Part shown: positions 63,746 through 64,000 of the stretch, piece after piece
Numbering within the stretch: the stretch's first letter is position 1
Layout of the letters: each line of letters starts with the position of its first letter
From: Octopus vulgaris
Taxonomy: Eukaryota
Length of the DNA: 64,000 bases
Assembly (NCBI GenBank): GCA_951406725.2
Contig: OX597814.1
Location: 161,386,001-161,450,000 of the forward strand
Reading direction: 5' to 3'
The notes under the pieces: generated by a model
Seen by the model: only the letters and a program-made list of their open reading frames with translations
Told to the model about the DNA's origin: nothing
Databases searched by the model: none
Made by a program: the position numbers and the translations under genes

Positions 63746-64000
63746 GATAATTGGTGGCAATTTGAAAGCAACAAGCAGAGTTTATAAGAGATAGAAGAGT
63801 GGAGGTTTTAAAAGGCCTAAGGTCCAGATAGTCAAGAGGGGAGCCTATGAATATGTTACGGGCTCTCTGTATTAAGAAAAAATTATTCCCTTTAACTTTG
63901 AAAGGACCTACTCCCATGAATCCAAAAGCAGTCTTGTCCCACCTTGCAAAATTTTCTTAGGAAGCCCTGGATACAAGAAAGTGCTGCTGATGAAAAGGTT

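Overview
AT-rich eukaryotic genomic DNA full of microsatellites. The repeat families (tRNA-derived SINEs resembling the octopus OK/OR families, RTE LINE tails ending in (GAT)n) suggest an octopod cephalopod; this is an inference. The + strand carries one multi-exon gene, a supervillin (SVIL; gelsolin/villin family) homologue. I assembled 23 phase-compatible GT-AG coding exons from 2786/2797 to the stop at 59376, giving about 1282 aa if the ATG at 2797 is the start; further 5' exons outside the window are possible. The protein has a low-complexity N-terminus, supervillin motifs (SVAERLSALKKSGENDW, ALAGLASKENFS, KGRRHVQTRLVEP), gelsolin-like repeats and a villin headpiece. Introns hold SINEs, three kinds of RTE fragment, a HERO-like fragment, non-autonomous Helitrons, and pogo/Tigger-like and hAT MITEs. 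The most notable observations are a ~390-bp-arm intronic inverted repeat (potential long dsRNA), a frame-preserving 51-nt candidate microexon with a GC donor that would split a conserved motif, a composite Helitron nested in the (TA)n of a SINE, and a degenerate Penelope-type hammerhead motif. I saw no prokaryotic systems, CRISPR arrays or rRNA. All alignments were done by eye and repeat family names are from memory, not database searches.
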